DNA of 64,000 nt from the NCBI GenBank assembly GCA_964374065.1, contig CAYJWW010000002.1, positions 4,153-68,152 of the forward strand, in the 5' to 3' direction. This document shows positions 38,351 through 48,262 of the stretch, one piece after another. Numbering within the stretch: the stretch's first letter is position 1; each line of letters opens with the position of its first letter. This DNA comes from an uncultured Candidatus Saccharibacteria bacterium (GTDB lineage: Bacteria > Patescibacteriota > Minisyncoccia > UBA6257 > 2-01-FULL-56-20). The position numbers and the translations under genes are program-made. Below the pieces are notes generated by a model. It ran no database searches and was not told the origin of the DNA. It worked only from the letters and a program-made list of their open reading frames with translations.

Positions 38351-39109
38351 ATGGAAATCGGTTCCGCCGCCACATTAGCCATTTTGCTCGCGATGGGCGT
38401 TCCCCAGTCGGCGCTTGCGGCCGCAAAAGATGCCGGCTGTCCCGCAGTGAACGAAGAGTTCGAGAAGTTCAACGCCGTAAAGAACGATGCGGTGATCGAC
38501 CCTTCCCAAGCGGCGCGCGAAGAATTGCGCCTTCGGAAAAGTCTATTGCGCGCGGTAATCGATTGTGCGCTGCGGGACGTAAAGACTCTCGAAAACGCCG
38601 TGGGTGTCGCCGCTCCCGATGCGGTTGATTCCCAGCTATTACGGAAGCGGTTCCTCGAGCAGTTGCGGGGGGCGGGGCAGTACTACGCTAGCCAGAAAAA
38701 TCTCATCGAGAATCTTACGATCCGCGGCAGCAAGGATCTTTCACGAAGCATCCGGGATTGGCGCGAAGCGAGCTATGCGCCCCTTCAGGAAAACGCCTTG
38801 AATTTCATCATGTGGGCGAAAAACCAAGAACTTGTACAGACGGCGCAGAATCGATTCCAGCAGATCAAACAAACCGTCCGAAGTTTGAATCTTATGCAAC
38901 ACGAAAACATCCGCTCCCTGTTCCTTGGGGCAGAAAGCGATCTCGTGGGCGCGATGGAGTTGAACCAGCGGGTCAAGCGCACGCTTGAACAGCACGATCC
39001 GTCGCGGGACGCGCTGCCGCTCATTAAACAAGCTCTCGAGGCGCTGGGCCTGACCTATCAGGATTTCCTTGACCTCAGCAACGCGGTCCAAAAAGTGCTG
39101 CCCCGCTAA
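38351..39109 (+). CDS. secreted hypothetical protein
   Basis: Start MEIGSAATLAILLAMGVPQSALAAA, a signal peptide with AxA cleavage; 252 aa. Confidence 0.45.
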   Translation: MEIGSAATLAILLAMGVPQSALAAAKDAGCPAVNEEFEKFNAVKNDAVIDPSQAAREELRLRKSLLRAVIDCALRDVKTLENAVGVAAPDAVDSQLLRKRFLEQLRGAGQYYASQKNLIENLTIRGSKDLSRSIRDWREASYAPLQENALNFIMWAKNQELVQTAQNRFQQIKQTVRSLNLMQHENIRSLFLGAESDLVGAMELNQRVKRTLEQHDPSRDALPLIKQALEALGLTYQDFLDLSNAVQKVLPR

Positions 39110-39180
39110 CCGGCTGCGAGATGCGGATCCTTGCGAATGTACGGATTGTGTATTCGTACTCATTTGTATTCCGCGGCGTA

Positions 39181-39215
39181 ACAAAAATAGAAGCGGGCGC
39201 CTTTCAGTCGCTTCT
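39181..39215 (-). terminator. intrinsic terminator downstream of hup
   Basis: 7-bp stem AGAAGCG/CGCTTCT with a 13-nt loop, followed on the minus strand by ATTTTTGTT. Confidence 0.45.
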
Positions 39216-39284
39216 CCCCGCCTGCCGGCAGGTCTCACGCGACCGAATCATGCCCACTTCTATTTAGAGCTCTTAGAAACTGAT

Positions 39285-39560
39285 CTACAGGACCGCTTCC
39301 TTCAAAGCCTTTCCAGCTCGGAACTTCGGCTTTACGGACGCGGGAATATGTATCTTTTCTCCGGTCTTCGGATTCCGACCCTCGCGAGCCGCACGCTTCG
39401 CTATGCGGAACGTGCCGAAACCCGTGATCGCAACGTCCTCGCCGCGGCCCAAAGTCTTTGAAATGGCGTCGAACACGGCTTCAACGGCCCTCTGTGCGGC
39501 AGCTTTTGTCTCCATTCCCGCAGCTTTCATCACTGCTTCAACCAATCCGTCTTTCGTCAT
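39285..39560 (-). CDS. hup: DNA-binding protein HU
   Basis: 91 aa; GFGTFRIAKRAAREGRNPKTGEKIHIPASVKPKFRAGKALKEAV is an HU/IHF signature arm. Confidence 0.85.
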   Translation of the reverse strand: MTKDGLVEAVMKAAGMETKAAAQRAVEAVFDAISKTLGRGEDVAITGFGTFRIAKRAAREGRNPKTGEKIHIPASVKPKFRAGKALKEAVL

Positions 39561-39772
39561 GTGTCTCGTGGGGCTTCCGCCCCTCTGTTACTCGACCTTT
39601 ATATCGATTGGAAAAGTATAGCAAAATCCGCATTTGTCAACAAACCGAGCATGTAGATAGGCCCGACGGCGGGGCGGCCTGGCGCGTTATACGGGGTTTC
39701 TCGCATCAGTAAATCAGACTGCGGCGATGCCCGGCTCGCCTTTCATCCCGCGATTCCCCATAATATCTGCGT

Positions 39773-41227
39773 ATGCTCAGGAAACTCCAAAATCTGTTGT
39801 TTGTAAATCAAAGCGTCCGCCAAACGATAGTGAAAAACGCGTTTTGGCTTTCGTTCGGAGAAGTTCTTGGAAGGGTTCTTCGGACGGGGGTCGTCATCTA
39901 CGCGGCCCGCGTGCTGGGCCCCGCAACCTGGGGCGTTTTCTCATACGCCGTGAGCCTCGCCGCGCTGCTTACTATTTTTTCGGAAGTCGGCCTGGGAGGC
40001 GTCTTGATCCGCGAGGGAGCAAAGAGCGAGGCGCTGCGGATGAAATATTTTTCGACGATCTTCTTCGTGAAGCTTCCGCTTGCGCTATTGAGCTTTTTTT
40101 CCATCCTGCTTCTCGCACCCCATATCGCGACAGTGCCGCTTTCACGGGCACTAATTCTTGCAATCGCATTCCTGTCTCTCTTCGACTCGATGCGGGGATT
40201 CGGGACCGCGCTCTTCCGAGCTGAGGAAAAAATGGAGCGCGAGGCGGCGGTGAATATCGTCACGCAAGGCGTGATCCTGATCGCCGGACTGTTTGTGCTC
40301 CTGCGCAGCCCGTCGCCAGAAGCGCTCGCGTCCGCATATATGATCGGCGCCGCTGCAGGGCTGCTCGTCGCGACGATCTGGCTCGGACGACACCTCGGTG
40401 CGCTTTTTTCCCATTTCGACAAATCAATCCTCATCTCGATCCTTCGAACCGCATGGCCATTCAGCATCGTGGGCGTACTGGCGGCGATCACGGTGAACAC
40501 CGACACCATTATGCTGGGCTGGCTTCGAGATGCAGCGGAGGTCGGCTACTATTCCGCCGCCCAGAAACCGATACTTTTCCTCTATATCCTCCCTTCGCTT
40601 CTGGGAGGGAGCTTCTTCCCTGCGCTTGCCCGATTCGCTGCAAACGATGCGCTTCGCTTCCGCATGGTCCTTGAAAAAGGGCTTAAGGTCGTTTTTTTTG
40701 TCGCGCTTCCGGCAGCAGCGGGCCTTTTCTTCACCTCTTCCGCAACGACGGAACTTCTGTATGGACCCGAATATGCTCCCGCTGCCGCACCGCTCCAGAT
40801 CCTCGCGCTCACGCTCCTCACTGCGTTCCCGATGAACCTCGTAGTGAACGGCATTTTTGCCTATAACCGACAGCGGGACCTCATCCTCTTCGGCGCCGTG
40901 GGCGTTCTTGGGAATATAATCCTGAACTACCTCTTCATCCCGCACTGGGGAGCCTCGGGCGCCGCTTGGTCGACGCTCATTACCCAGTTCATCAGCAACG
41001 GGTTTATCTGGATGCGGCTCCGAGCCCTCAATCGATTCTCCGTCTTCCGCTCGCTCCGCAAAGTGCTTATCGCGACGATTGCGGTCGGGCTTGTCGCTGC
41101 CCTCGCCCAATCCGCCGGGATGCCCGTCGCGCTCGTCGTAGCCCTCGCTGCGCTCACCTATGGCGCAACGCTCCTGCTTCTCCGAGAAGAGCTCTTCATC
41201 GAGCTCAAGAGGATACTCAAAGAGTAG
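39773..41227 (+). CDS. wzx: oligosaccharide flippase (Wzx, MOP superfamily)
   Basis: 484 aa, about 12-14 TM helices, polysaccharide-biosynthesis-protein family features. Confidence 0.7.
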   Translation: MLRKLQNLLFVNQSVRQTIVKNAFWLSFGEVLGRVLRTGVVIYAARVLGPATWGVFSYAVSLAALLTIFSEVGLGGVLIREGAKSEALRMKYFSTIFFVKLPLALLSFFSILLLAPHIATVPLSRALILAIAFLSLFDSMRGFGTALFRAEEKMEREAAVNIVTQGVILIAGLFVLLRSPSPEALASAYMIGAAAGLLVATIWLGRHLGALFSHFDKSILISILRTAWPFSIVGVLAAITVNTDTIMLGWLRDAAEVGYYSAAQKPILFLYILPSLLGGSFFPALARFAANDALRFRMVLEKGLKVVFFVALPAAAGLFFTSSATTELLYGPEYAPAAAPLQILALTLLTAFPMNLVVNGIFAYNRQRDLILFGAVGVLGNIILNYLFIPHWGASGAAWSTLITQFISNGFIWMRLRALNRFSVFRSLRKVLIATIAVGLVAALAQSAGMPVALVVALAALTYGATLLLLREELFIELKRILKE

Positions 41228-41267
41228 TCTTCACTTTTTGGGACGTTCGCGGTAATAATGAAGAGCC

Positions 41268-44069
41268 ATGCAGTATGGACCTCTTAAGCGTGCCTTCAAA
41301 AAACGGCGGGCGCATGTCGCCGTCGTAGGCCTTGGGTATGTCGGGATTCCGACCGTTTTGGCGATGGTTCGCGCCGGCATACGCGTCACGGGCATCGACA
41401 TCGATAAAAAACGCGTCGCCGATCTGAACCGAGGCAAAAGCTTCATCGCGGAAATCCCCGATGCGGCGATACGGGAAGCGCAAAAAAAATTCCGCGCGAC
41501 CACGGACTGGAAGGAGCTCAGGAAGGCAAATGCCGTCCTGATCGCGGTCCCTACGCCGCTTACGAGGAATAAAACCCCCGACACCTCCGCGATCGAAACG
41601 GCGGCGAAAAACATTTCAAAATCTCTGCGAAAAGGGACTCTGGTCGTTCTGGAAAGCACGACGTATCCGGGGACGACGGAGGAACTTCTGCGACCGATTC
41701 TCGAGAAATCCGGCCTCAGGGCGGGGAAGGATTTCTATCTCGCGTTCGCGCCGGAGCGCGTGGATCCCGGAAGCAAACATCGTTTCACCGATATTCCGAA
41801 AGTGGTGGGCGGTATTGACGCACGCTCGACCGAGCTTGCGGCGGCGCTCTATGGAAGCTTTTTGAGAGGGGTTCATCGCGTATCTTCGCCGCGCGCCGCC
41901 GAGATGACCAAACTCCTCGAAAACATCTTCCGGCTCGTGAATATCTCGCTCGTGAACGAATTGAAGATGATCGCGGACAAAATGGGAATCGACTTTTGGG
42001 AAGTGATAGAGGCGGCGAAAACCAAACCGTATGGCTTCATGCCGTTCTACCCCGGCCCCGGCGTCGGCGGCCACTGTCTCGAGAAACACCAACGCGTCGT
42101 AATTGAAGAAAAGAGGGAAGTGAATGCATACACGATGGAGGAACTCTATCGAAAGTATGCCGATGCGTGCGTGAAACGTCAGCCGGCATTGGTTGCGGCG
42201 GCACAAGAAAATGTCTCTGACGGGCACACTCTTGCTTTTTCAAAAAATACACATCATTCAGTAAATTCCCCTCTCGCTCCTTTTCGCGTTGCCTCGTTTG
42301 ATTCTAATAAAGGCACAATTTCCTTTGAGCGGGTTGACTTTATCTCGAAACGAGAGAGTAATCACGTCCTTAACATTAAATGCCATTACAACCGAGAGCT
42401 TCGCGTCACGGACGAGCATCCTCTTTATGTGTGGGACGAAGGGACTAAGACACTACGAGTCAAGTGGGCAAAAGACCTCCGGCCGGGTGAGTTTCTGGTA
42501 TATCCTCGGTTACTTCCTCAATCAACTCGAGTTCCCGCGTATGACCTTATCGCAGCACTCCAAAAACAATTCCCATCGCTTATACCACGATATCGAGTCA
42601 AACTTAAGGAAAGGCTCTGGCGCGACTACAAAGAAAATCTCGACCCTTGCTTCGTAGGAGACGATAAAAAACAGGATTACCTGAAAAACAACTCTATTCC
42701 TTTAGAGGAGTACCTTCGCATCGAGAAAAATCTTCCTGTCCCGAGAACAAAAATCCTTCTCGTAAGCGGCCGTGGGTCTTCGTTCGGCACGCTACCTGCT
42801 ATTCTTTCGTTTGATTCCGAATGGGCGAGGCTTTTGGGGTATTACTTAAGCGAGGGGTGTATCACTGAAGACGCGAAAACAATGGGCATAAGATGGACAT
42901 TCCACTCTAAAGAGAAGGAGTACATAGAAGATGTGGAGGCTATACTGCGCAATAAAGGGATCGCTTTTTCTACCTACCAAGATGAACAGTGGCGGAGTTT
43001 TCATATCAAAGTATCTTCAACGCTTCTTGCGCTTTTCTTCCAAGACATTCTTCATACCGGCGTTGACTGCTACACCATGCGCATACCCCAAGAGCTTTTT
43101 ATGAGCGCGCCAGAATTTCGAAAAGAAGTGCTAGCTGGAATTTTACGCGGCGATGGTGGGGTGTGGCGCACTAATCGTCCAAACTCTTATCGCAAAAACG
43201 GCCGTTCTTACACGCATCACAATAACTCTATCGAACTGTGTTATTTCACGTCTTCTCCGATACTCTTCGAACAAGTACAACTCATATTGAATGAGCTGGG
43301 CGTAATCTATAAACTCGAACGGCGACCGGGCCTCATAAAGATGAAAGGGCCCGAAAATGCACGGACCCTCGCTGTGCTTTTTTCGGGAGCAAAACGACAT
43401 CTCGTCGAAGATTATCTTCGACAGATCTCTAAAAGACCTCATTATGATTATGCCCGCACCACTGACGGCTATGTCCTGATTCGGGTAAAAACAATAACAA
43501 GAATCGAGGAAGTTCAAGATGTATATTCGTTAGAAGTGAACCGCCATAGCACATTCCTTACTAATGGAGGTCTTGCGATTCACAACTGCATCCCCTTAGA
43601 CCCTTTTTATCTCTCATGGAAAGCCCGCGAATATAATTTCTTCACCCGCTTCATCGACCTCGCCGGAGAGATCAATGAACTCATGCCGCATCACGTGGTA
43701 ACAAAGGTCATCTGGGCCCTGAATGCCCGCGGCAAAGCCGTGCGAGGCGCAAAAATACTCGTGCTCGGCGTCGCCTACAAGAAAGACATCGATGACCCGC
43801 GCGAATCACCCGCGATCCCCGTGATCTGGGACCTCTTGCGCAAGGGCGCGCGGGTCGTCTACAATGACCCCTTCGTTCGCACTCTGCGCGTGAATGAAAA
43901 AGAGCTTCGCTCTTCTCCCCTCACGAAAGACGCCGTGAAGGACGCCGACTGCGTCATAATCCTCACCGATCACGGCGCCTACGATTACCCGATGCTCGCG
44001 CGCCACGCAAAATGCCTCGTCGATACGCGCGGAGCGATCAAGACGCGCGGACCAAACATCATTTCGTAA
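41268..44069 (+). CDS. UDP-sugar 6-dehydrogenase (WbpA/TviB-like nucleotide-sugar dehydrogenase) carrying a 504-aa intein; the spliced enzyme would be 429 aa
   Basis: N-terminal Rossmann motif VVGLGYVGIP. The catalytic motif is split as GPGVGGH | intein | CIPLDPFYL, which rejoins to GGHCIPLDP. C-terminal UDP-binding domain is present. Confidence 0.85.
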   Translation: MQYGPLKRAFKKRRAHVAVVGLGYVGIPTVLAMVRAGIRVTGIDIDKKRVADLNRGKSFIAEIPDAAIREAQKKFRATTDWKELRKANAVLIAVPTPLTRNKTPDTSAIETAAKNISKSLRKGTLVVLESTTYPGTTEELLRPILEKSGLRAGKDFYLAFAPERVDPGSKHRFTDIPKVVGGIDARSTELAAALYGSFLRGVHRVSSPRAAEMTKLLENIFRLVNISLVNELKMIADKMGIDFWEVIEAAKTKPYGFMPFYPGPGVGGHCLEKHQRVVIEEKREVNAYTMEELYRKYADACVKRQPALVAAAQENVSDGHTLAFSKNTHHSVNSPLAPFRVASFDSNKGTISFERVDFISKRESNHVLNIKCHYNRELRVTDEHPLYVWDEGTKTLRVKWAKDLRPGEFLVYPRLLPQSTRVPAYDLIAALQKQFPSLIPRYRVKLKERLWRDYKENLDPCFVGDDKKQDYLKNNSIPLEEYLRIEKNLPVPRTKILLVSGRGSSFGTLPAILSFDSEWARLLGYYLSEGCITEDAKTMGIRWTFHSKEKEYIEDVEAILRNKGIAFSTYQDEQWRSFHIKVSSTLLALFFQDILHTGVDCYTMRIPQELFMSAPEFRKEVLAGILRGDGGVWRTNRPNSYRKNGRSYTHHNNSIELCYFTSSPILFEQVQLILNELGVIYKLERRPGLIKMKGPENARTLAVLFSGAKRHLVEDYLRQISKRPHYDYARTTDGYVLIRVKTITRIEEVQDVYSLEVNRHSTFLTNGGLAIHNCIPLDPFYLSWKAREYNFFTRFIDLAGEINELMPHHVVTKVIWALNARGKAVRGAKILVLGVAYKKDIDDPRESPAIPVIWDLLRKGARVVYNDPFVRTLRVNEKELRSSPLTKDAVKDADCVIILTDHGAYDYPMLARHAKCLVDTRGAIKTRGPNIIS
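42075..43586 (+). mobile_element. intein with a LAGLIDADG homing-endonuclease domain, inserted at the catalytic Cys codon of the dehydrogenase
   Basis: Starts with Cys (CLEKH...) and ends with His-Asn followed by a +1 Cys. Block B TDEHPL; two LAGLIDADG motifs (LLGYYLSEGCI, LAGILRGDGGV). GC is markedly lower than in the exteins. Confidence 0.8.
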
Positions 44070-44071
44070 CA

Positions 44072-44872
44072 ATGAAATTTTCCATTATCGGGACCGGTTT
44101 TATTTTCCCGCGCCATGTGGACTCCATTACGCGCGTCGGCGGGAAGATCCGGCACATCGGCAATACCGCCCGCGGCGAAGGAGAGTGGCGCGACATCGTC
44201 CGCAAAACCGACGCGGATTGCGTCGTCGTCCTCGGCCCCAACGATCTCCACTACTCCATGACACAGGAGGCCGCCGAGGCGGGGAAGATCGTGCTCTGCG
44301 AGAAACCGCTCACCATAGATTCCCGCGACGCGGAATCGCTCGCGAAATACCGGAACGTGTTTACCGTGCTCCAGCTCCGCCATCACCCGATCGCAAAAAA
44401 GCTTGAAGCCGAAATTAATCCGAATGAAACGTACGAAATCGAAATGGATATTTCCGTATATCGTGACGGTGCAGGATACTACCACACGTGGAAAGGAGTC
44501 CGGGAACGGAGCGGCGGCGTGCTCTTCATCATCGGCATCCACTACTTCGATATGCTGCTCCACCTTTTCGGAGCCTCCACCCGCACAGAGACGCATTCGC
44601 TCGACCAAAAAACCGGCACCGGGGTCATCGAAGGGAAGAACTACGCGTGCAATTGGAAAGTGAGCACCGATGCGCCGAGGGACAACCAGCGCCGTACATT
44701 CAAGATCAACGGCGTGGATTATAACTTCTCTTCGCAAGACAACCTTTCCTACGAGAATCTCCATACATGCGTATACGAAGACTTGCTCCAGGGGAAAGGG
44801 ATCGCGCCGGCGCAGGCGCTTCCTTCCATCCGACTCGTGGAAGAACTTTACAAGAACATCGAAAAGGCGTAG
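44072..44872 (+). CDS. Gfo/Idh/MocA-family NAD-dependent oxidoreductase (WbpB-like UDP-sugar 3-dehydrogenase)
   Basis: MKFSIIGTGFIFPRHV Rossmann start and the EKPL motif; directly follows the dehydrogenase. Confidence 0.7.
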   Translation: MKFSIIGTGFIFPRHVDSITRVGGKIRHIGNTARGEGEWRDIVRKTDADCVVVLGPNDLHYSMTQEAAEAGKIVLCEKPLTIDSRDAESLAKYRNVFTVLQLRHHPIAKKLEAEINPNETYEIEMDISVYRDGAGYYHTWKGVRERSGGVLFIIGIHYFDMLLHLFGASTRTETHSLDQKTGTGVIEGKNYACNWKVSTDAPRDNQRRTFKINGVDYNFSSQDNLSYENLHTCVYEDLLQGKGIAPAQALPSIRLVEELYKNIEKA

Positions 44873-44903
44873 AGTCTTGCCGGTTCCAGGAAAGGAGCAT
44901 GCC

Positions 44904-45320
44904 ATGATCCACCCGAACGTAGTCCTCTATCGGCGCGAGCTCTCGAACATCGCCGACGGGGCAACCATCGGCGAAGGGTCGAAGGTCCACTCCCACGTCT
45001 GGATCGGCCCCCGAGTCGTGATCGGCGCGCGGTGCAAAATCCAGGCGTTCGCATTCATCCCGGACGGAGTCACGATCGAGGATGATGTTTTCCTCGGCCC
45101 GCGCGTTACGTTCACCAACGACGCTCACCCTCCTTCGGGCGGGAAGGGCTGGGAATCGACGCTCGTGAAGCGCGGCGCCGTGATCGGCGCGAACGCGACG
45201 ATCCTCCCCGGAGTCACGATCGGCGAAGGCGCCGTGGTCGGCGCCGGAGCGGTCGTCACGAGAGACGTGCCGGATCACGCGACCGTGGTCGGCAATCCCG
45301 CGCGCCCTATCAGACGGTAG
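44904..45320 (+). CDS. hexapeptide-repeat (LbH) N-acetyltransferase, WbpD-like
   Basis: Left-handed beta-helix repeats (IGEGSKVHSHVWIGPRVVIGARCKIQ...). SD AAGGAG lies upstream; 138 aa. Confidence 0.7.
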   Translation: MIHPNVVLYRRELSNIADGATIGEGSKVHSHVWIGPRVVIGARCKIQAFAFIPDGVTIEDDVFLGPRVTFTNDAHPPSGGKGWESTLVKRGAVIGANATILPGVTIGEGAVVGAGAVVTRDVPDHATVVGNPARPIRR

Positions 45321-45372
45321 GGCGCGTACCATTTCTCTTTTCCTTAACTCGCCCTCGGGGTATTCTTTTTTC

Positions 45373-46500
45373 ATGCAGTTTATCGACCTCCCGGCTCAAT
45401 ACCGCAGGCTAAAACGGGACATCGACCGCGCAGTGTTGAAAACGATCGGGGCGGGCCAATTCATACTCGGCGCGAACGTTGCCGAACTCGAGTCGAGAAT
45501 TGCGAAACTGGCGGGCACCGCGCATTCGGTCGGGCTCAACTCCGGCACCGACGCGCTCTTTCTTACGCTCAAGGCGCTGGACATCGGCCGCGGCGACGAG
45601 GTAATCACCACGCCGTTTTCGTTCGTCGCAACCGGAGAGATGGTCGCACAGACGGGAGCAACGCCCGTGTTCGCGGATATTAATCCGAAGACGTATACCA
45701 TAGAACCCTCGCAAATCAGGCGCGCGATCACGAAGCGCACGAAAGCCGTCATCCCCGTCCACCTTTACGGGCAGATGGCGGACATGCGGTCGATCATGCA
45801 AATCGCGAAACGGCATCGTCTTGCGGTCATCGAAGATGCCGCGCAAGCGCTCGGGGCAAGACAGGCCGGCGCGGGCGGGGCGAACGGCAGGTGGCGGGCG
45901 GCGGGCTCGATCGGGCATGCGGGATGTTTCAGTTTTTTTCCCACGAAAAACCTCGGGGCGTGCGGAGACGGCGGCATGATTACGACGAACGACGGGGTTC
46001 TTGCCGAACGGATACGGCTTCTCCGGAACCACGGATCCCGAAAAAAGTATCATCACGAATTTCTTGGATATTCCTCCCGCCTCGACGAACTTCAGGCGGC
46101 GATCCTTCTCGTGAAACTCCCCCATCTCAAGAACTGGAATTCCGCGCGGGCGAATATCGCCGCGAATTATACTGCGCAACTCCGAAACATCCCGACGCTC
46201 GCGACTCCCGTGCGTGCCCCCGGGAACACTCACATTTTTCACCAATACACCGTCCGCACTCCAAGACGAGACGCGCTTCGCGCGTATCTCGAAAGACGCG
46301 GGGTCCCGACGAGCGTTCATTATCCGCTTCCGATCCATCTTCAACCGTCATTCCGCTATCTGAAACTTACATCGGGAGCGTTCCCGGAATCCGAACGCGC
46401 AAGCCGCGAAGCGCTGTCGCTGCCGATATATCCGGAAATCCCCTCGCGCGATATTGTTCGAGTCGTCAAAACAATCAGAGAGTTCTTCTCGCGATCATGA
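45373..46500 (+). CDS. DegT/DnrJ/EryC1/StrS-family PLP-dependent sugar aminotransferase (WbpE-like)
   Basis: 375 aa; conserved aminotransferase fold with a PTKNLGACGDGG lysine region. Confidence 0.85.
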   Translation: MQFIDLPAQYRRLKRDIDRAVLKTIGAGQFILGANVAELESRIAKLAGTAHSVGLNSGTDALFLTLKALDIGRGDEVITTPFSFVATGEMVAQTGATPVFADINPKTYTIEPSQIRRAITKRTKAVIPVHLYGQMADMRSIMQIAKRHRLAVIEDAAQALGARQAGAGGANGRWRAAGSIGHAGCFSFFPTKNLGACGDGGMITTNDGVLAERIRLLRNHGSRKKYHHEFLGYSSRLDELQAAILLVKLPHLKNWNSARANIAANYTAQLRNIPTLATPVRAPGNTHIFHQYTVRTPRRDALRAYLERRGVPTSVHYPLPIHLQPSFRYLKLTSGAFPESERASREALSLPIYPEIPSRDIVRVVKTIREFFSRS

Positions 46501-47600
46501 GACTCGCATTTCTTGCCGCGGCAAACTCCATCCACGGCATACGCTGGGTAGATTATTTCGCGCGGCGCGGGCATGCCGTCACGTGGATCTCGCTTGCTCC
46601 TCCGGGAGCCGAAGCGGAAGAAGTCGCGCCACGGACGCATTTTCATGAGATTACCCCCTCGCCGCTCACGGACGTAAGCGGCCGGTTTGCGATCCGCCAC
46701 CTGGGCAAGGCGGCGCGGCGCGTGAAAGAAATTCTCCGCGAATCTGCGCCCGAAATTCTCCATGTGCACTCCGCCGGAACGTACGGCATGGTTGGAACGA
46801 AAAGCGGCTTCCATCCGCTCGTCCTCACCCCGTGGGGCTCGGATGTGCTCTTGGGTTCGACGTTTCGAGAATTCGCTTTGCGCAAAATCGTCCGCTCTGC
46901 GGATGCGTTGACCTGCGACGGGGAGAACACGAAGGCGCGCCTTATCGAACTCGGCGCGAAACCCGAAACGATCTCGCTTATACGCTTCGGAGTGGAAATC
47001 GAGAAATTCGCGGTTCCGCGGATCCCGCATCGGGGAATCGCCGTTATTTCGCTCCGAACGCTCATTCCCGTTTATGACGTGAAAACGCTCGTCCGGGCGG
47101 CAGCACTGGCGAAGCGATCGATGCCTGATTTGCGCGTTATAATCGCCGGCGAGGGCTCGGAGCGTTCCTCTCTTGAAGCGTGTGCGCGGGAGCTCGGCAT
47201 CCAAGACTCCGTGGCGTTCACGGGTCGATATCGCCCGGAGAATCTCCCCGAGATGTTCGCCGGAGCGGATATATACGCATCCACGTCGCTCTCCGACAGC
47301 GGCCTTTCCGCTTCCACCGCGGAGGCAATGGCGGCGGGGCTCCCCGTGGTCGTTTCGGACTCGGGAGATAATCGGGATTGGGTCGAAGAGGGAGCGGGGG
47401 GGCATGTCGTTCCCTGTGGAGACGCCGAGATGTTCGCTCACAAAATCGCCGCGCTCGCAAAAGACCCGCACATGCGGGCCGCCTTCGGCTTGCGGAATCG
47501 GGCTATAATCAAGGAACGGAACGATTACGCGCGCGAGATGGAGAAAATGGAAAAACTGTATGCGGAAGTTATTGCGAATCATAAAAAGGATCGCGGATAA
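46497..47600 (+). CDS. glycosyltransferase family 4 (GT-B fold)
   Basis: Start overlaps the upstream stop (ATGA). EX7E-like C-terminal motif (EGAGGHVVPCGD...); 367 aa. Confidence 0.7.
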   Translation: MRLAFLAAANSIHGIRWVDYFARRGHAVTWISLAPPGAEAEEVAPRTHFHEITPSPLTDVSGRFAIRHLGKAARRVKEILRESAPEILHVHSAGTYGMVGTKSGFHPLVLTPWGSDVLLGSTFREFALRKIVRSADALTCDGENTKARLIELGAKPETISLIRFGVEIEKFAVPRIPHRGIAVISLRTLIPVYDVKTLVRAAALAKRSMPDLRVIIAGEGSERSSLEACARELGIQDSVAFTGRYRPENLPEMFAGADIYASTSLSDSGLSASTAEAMAAGLPVVVSDSGDNRDWVEEGAGGHVVPCGDAEMFAHKIAALAKDPHMRAAFGLRNRAIIKERNDYAREMEKMEKLYAEVIANHKKDRG

Positions 47601-48234
47601 AACGATCGGCTCGAACGCCGACGCGCTTTTCTGGCGTTTCCGGCACGTATTCGACCGCCGATGGGGAGAGAGCTATATCAGCGGGGATTCTTTGGGCCAT
47701 CCGCATCGCACACTTCTCATTGACCGAATATCCGCCTATGCCCCTTTCCGGTCGCTTCTGGAGGTCGGCTGCGCTTCCGGCCCGAATCTTTACCTGCTCG
47801 CCAAACGCTTCCCCGCAGCCCGTTTTTACGGCACCGACATCAGCGCGTACGCGATTCGGAGAGGGGAAGAGTGGCTCAAGGAACAAGGAGTGCCGCAGAT
47901 AACGCTCTCGCAGGCGGACATCGGGGATCTCGCTCGTTTCCCGGAAAAAAGCATCGATATCGTAATAAGCGACGCGGTGTTAATCTACGCCGGTCCGGGC
48001 CGGATCGAGGCGGTCGTAAAGGAGTTCGTGCGCGTGGCGCGGAAGGCGATCGTGCTGGTTGAGTGGCATACGCCGGGGCCGCAATCGGAATACCGCGATC
48101 ACTGGGTGCATAATTACCGGCTTCTCTTCGAAAAGTTCGCGCCGCCGGCTTCGATCAGCGTCACAAAAATCCCGCCGGAAATCTGGGCGGGCAATTGGGC
48201 GCGATACGGCTATGTCATCGAGGTTCGACTGTAG
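47560..48234 (+). CDS. class I SAM-dependent methyltransferase
   Basis: Motif I LEVGCASGPN and post-I acidic residue YGTDIS; 224 aa. Confidence 0.6.
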   Translation: MRKLLRIIKRIADKTIGSNADALFWRFRHVFDRRWGESYISGDSLGHPHRTLLIDRISAYAPFRSLLEVGCASGPNLYLLAKRFPAARFYGTDISAYAIRRGEEWLKEQGVPQITLSQADIGDLARFPEKSIDIVISDAVLIYAGPGRIEAVVKEFVRVARKAIVLVEWHTPGPQSEYRDHWVHNYRLLFEKFAPPASISVTKIPPEIWAGNWARYGYVIEVRL

Positions 48235-48262
48235 CGCTTCTTTCGCTTATAATCCCGCTCGC

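Noticed and set aside
41268-44069. Possible gene fusion or mis-assembly explaining the 933-aa dehydrogenase
   Set aside because: The insertion starts with Cys, ends with His-Asn plus Cys, contains LAGLIDADG motifs and exactly splits the catalytic GGHCIP motif. An intein explains all of this without invoking a fusion.
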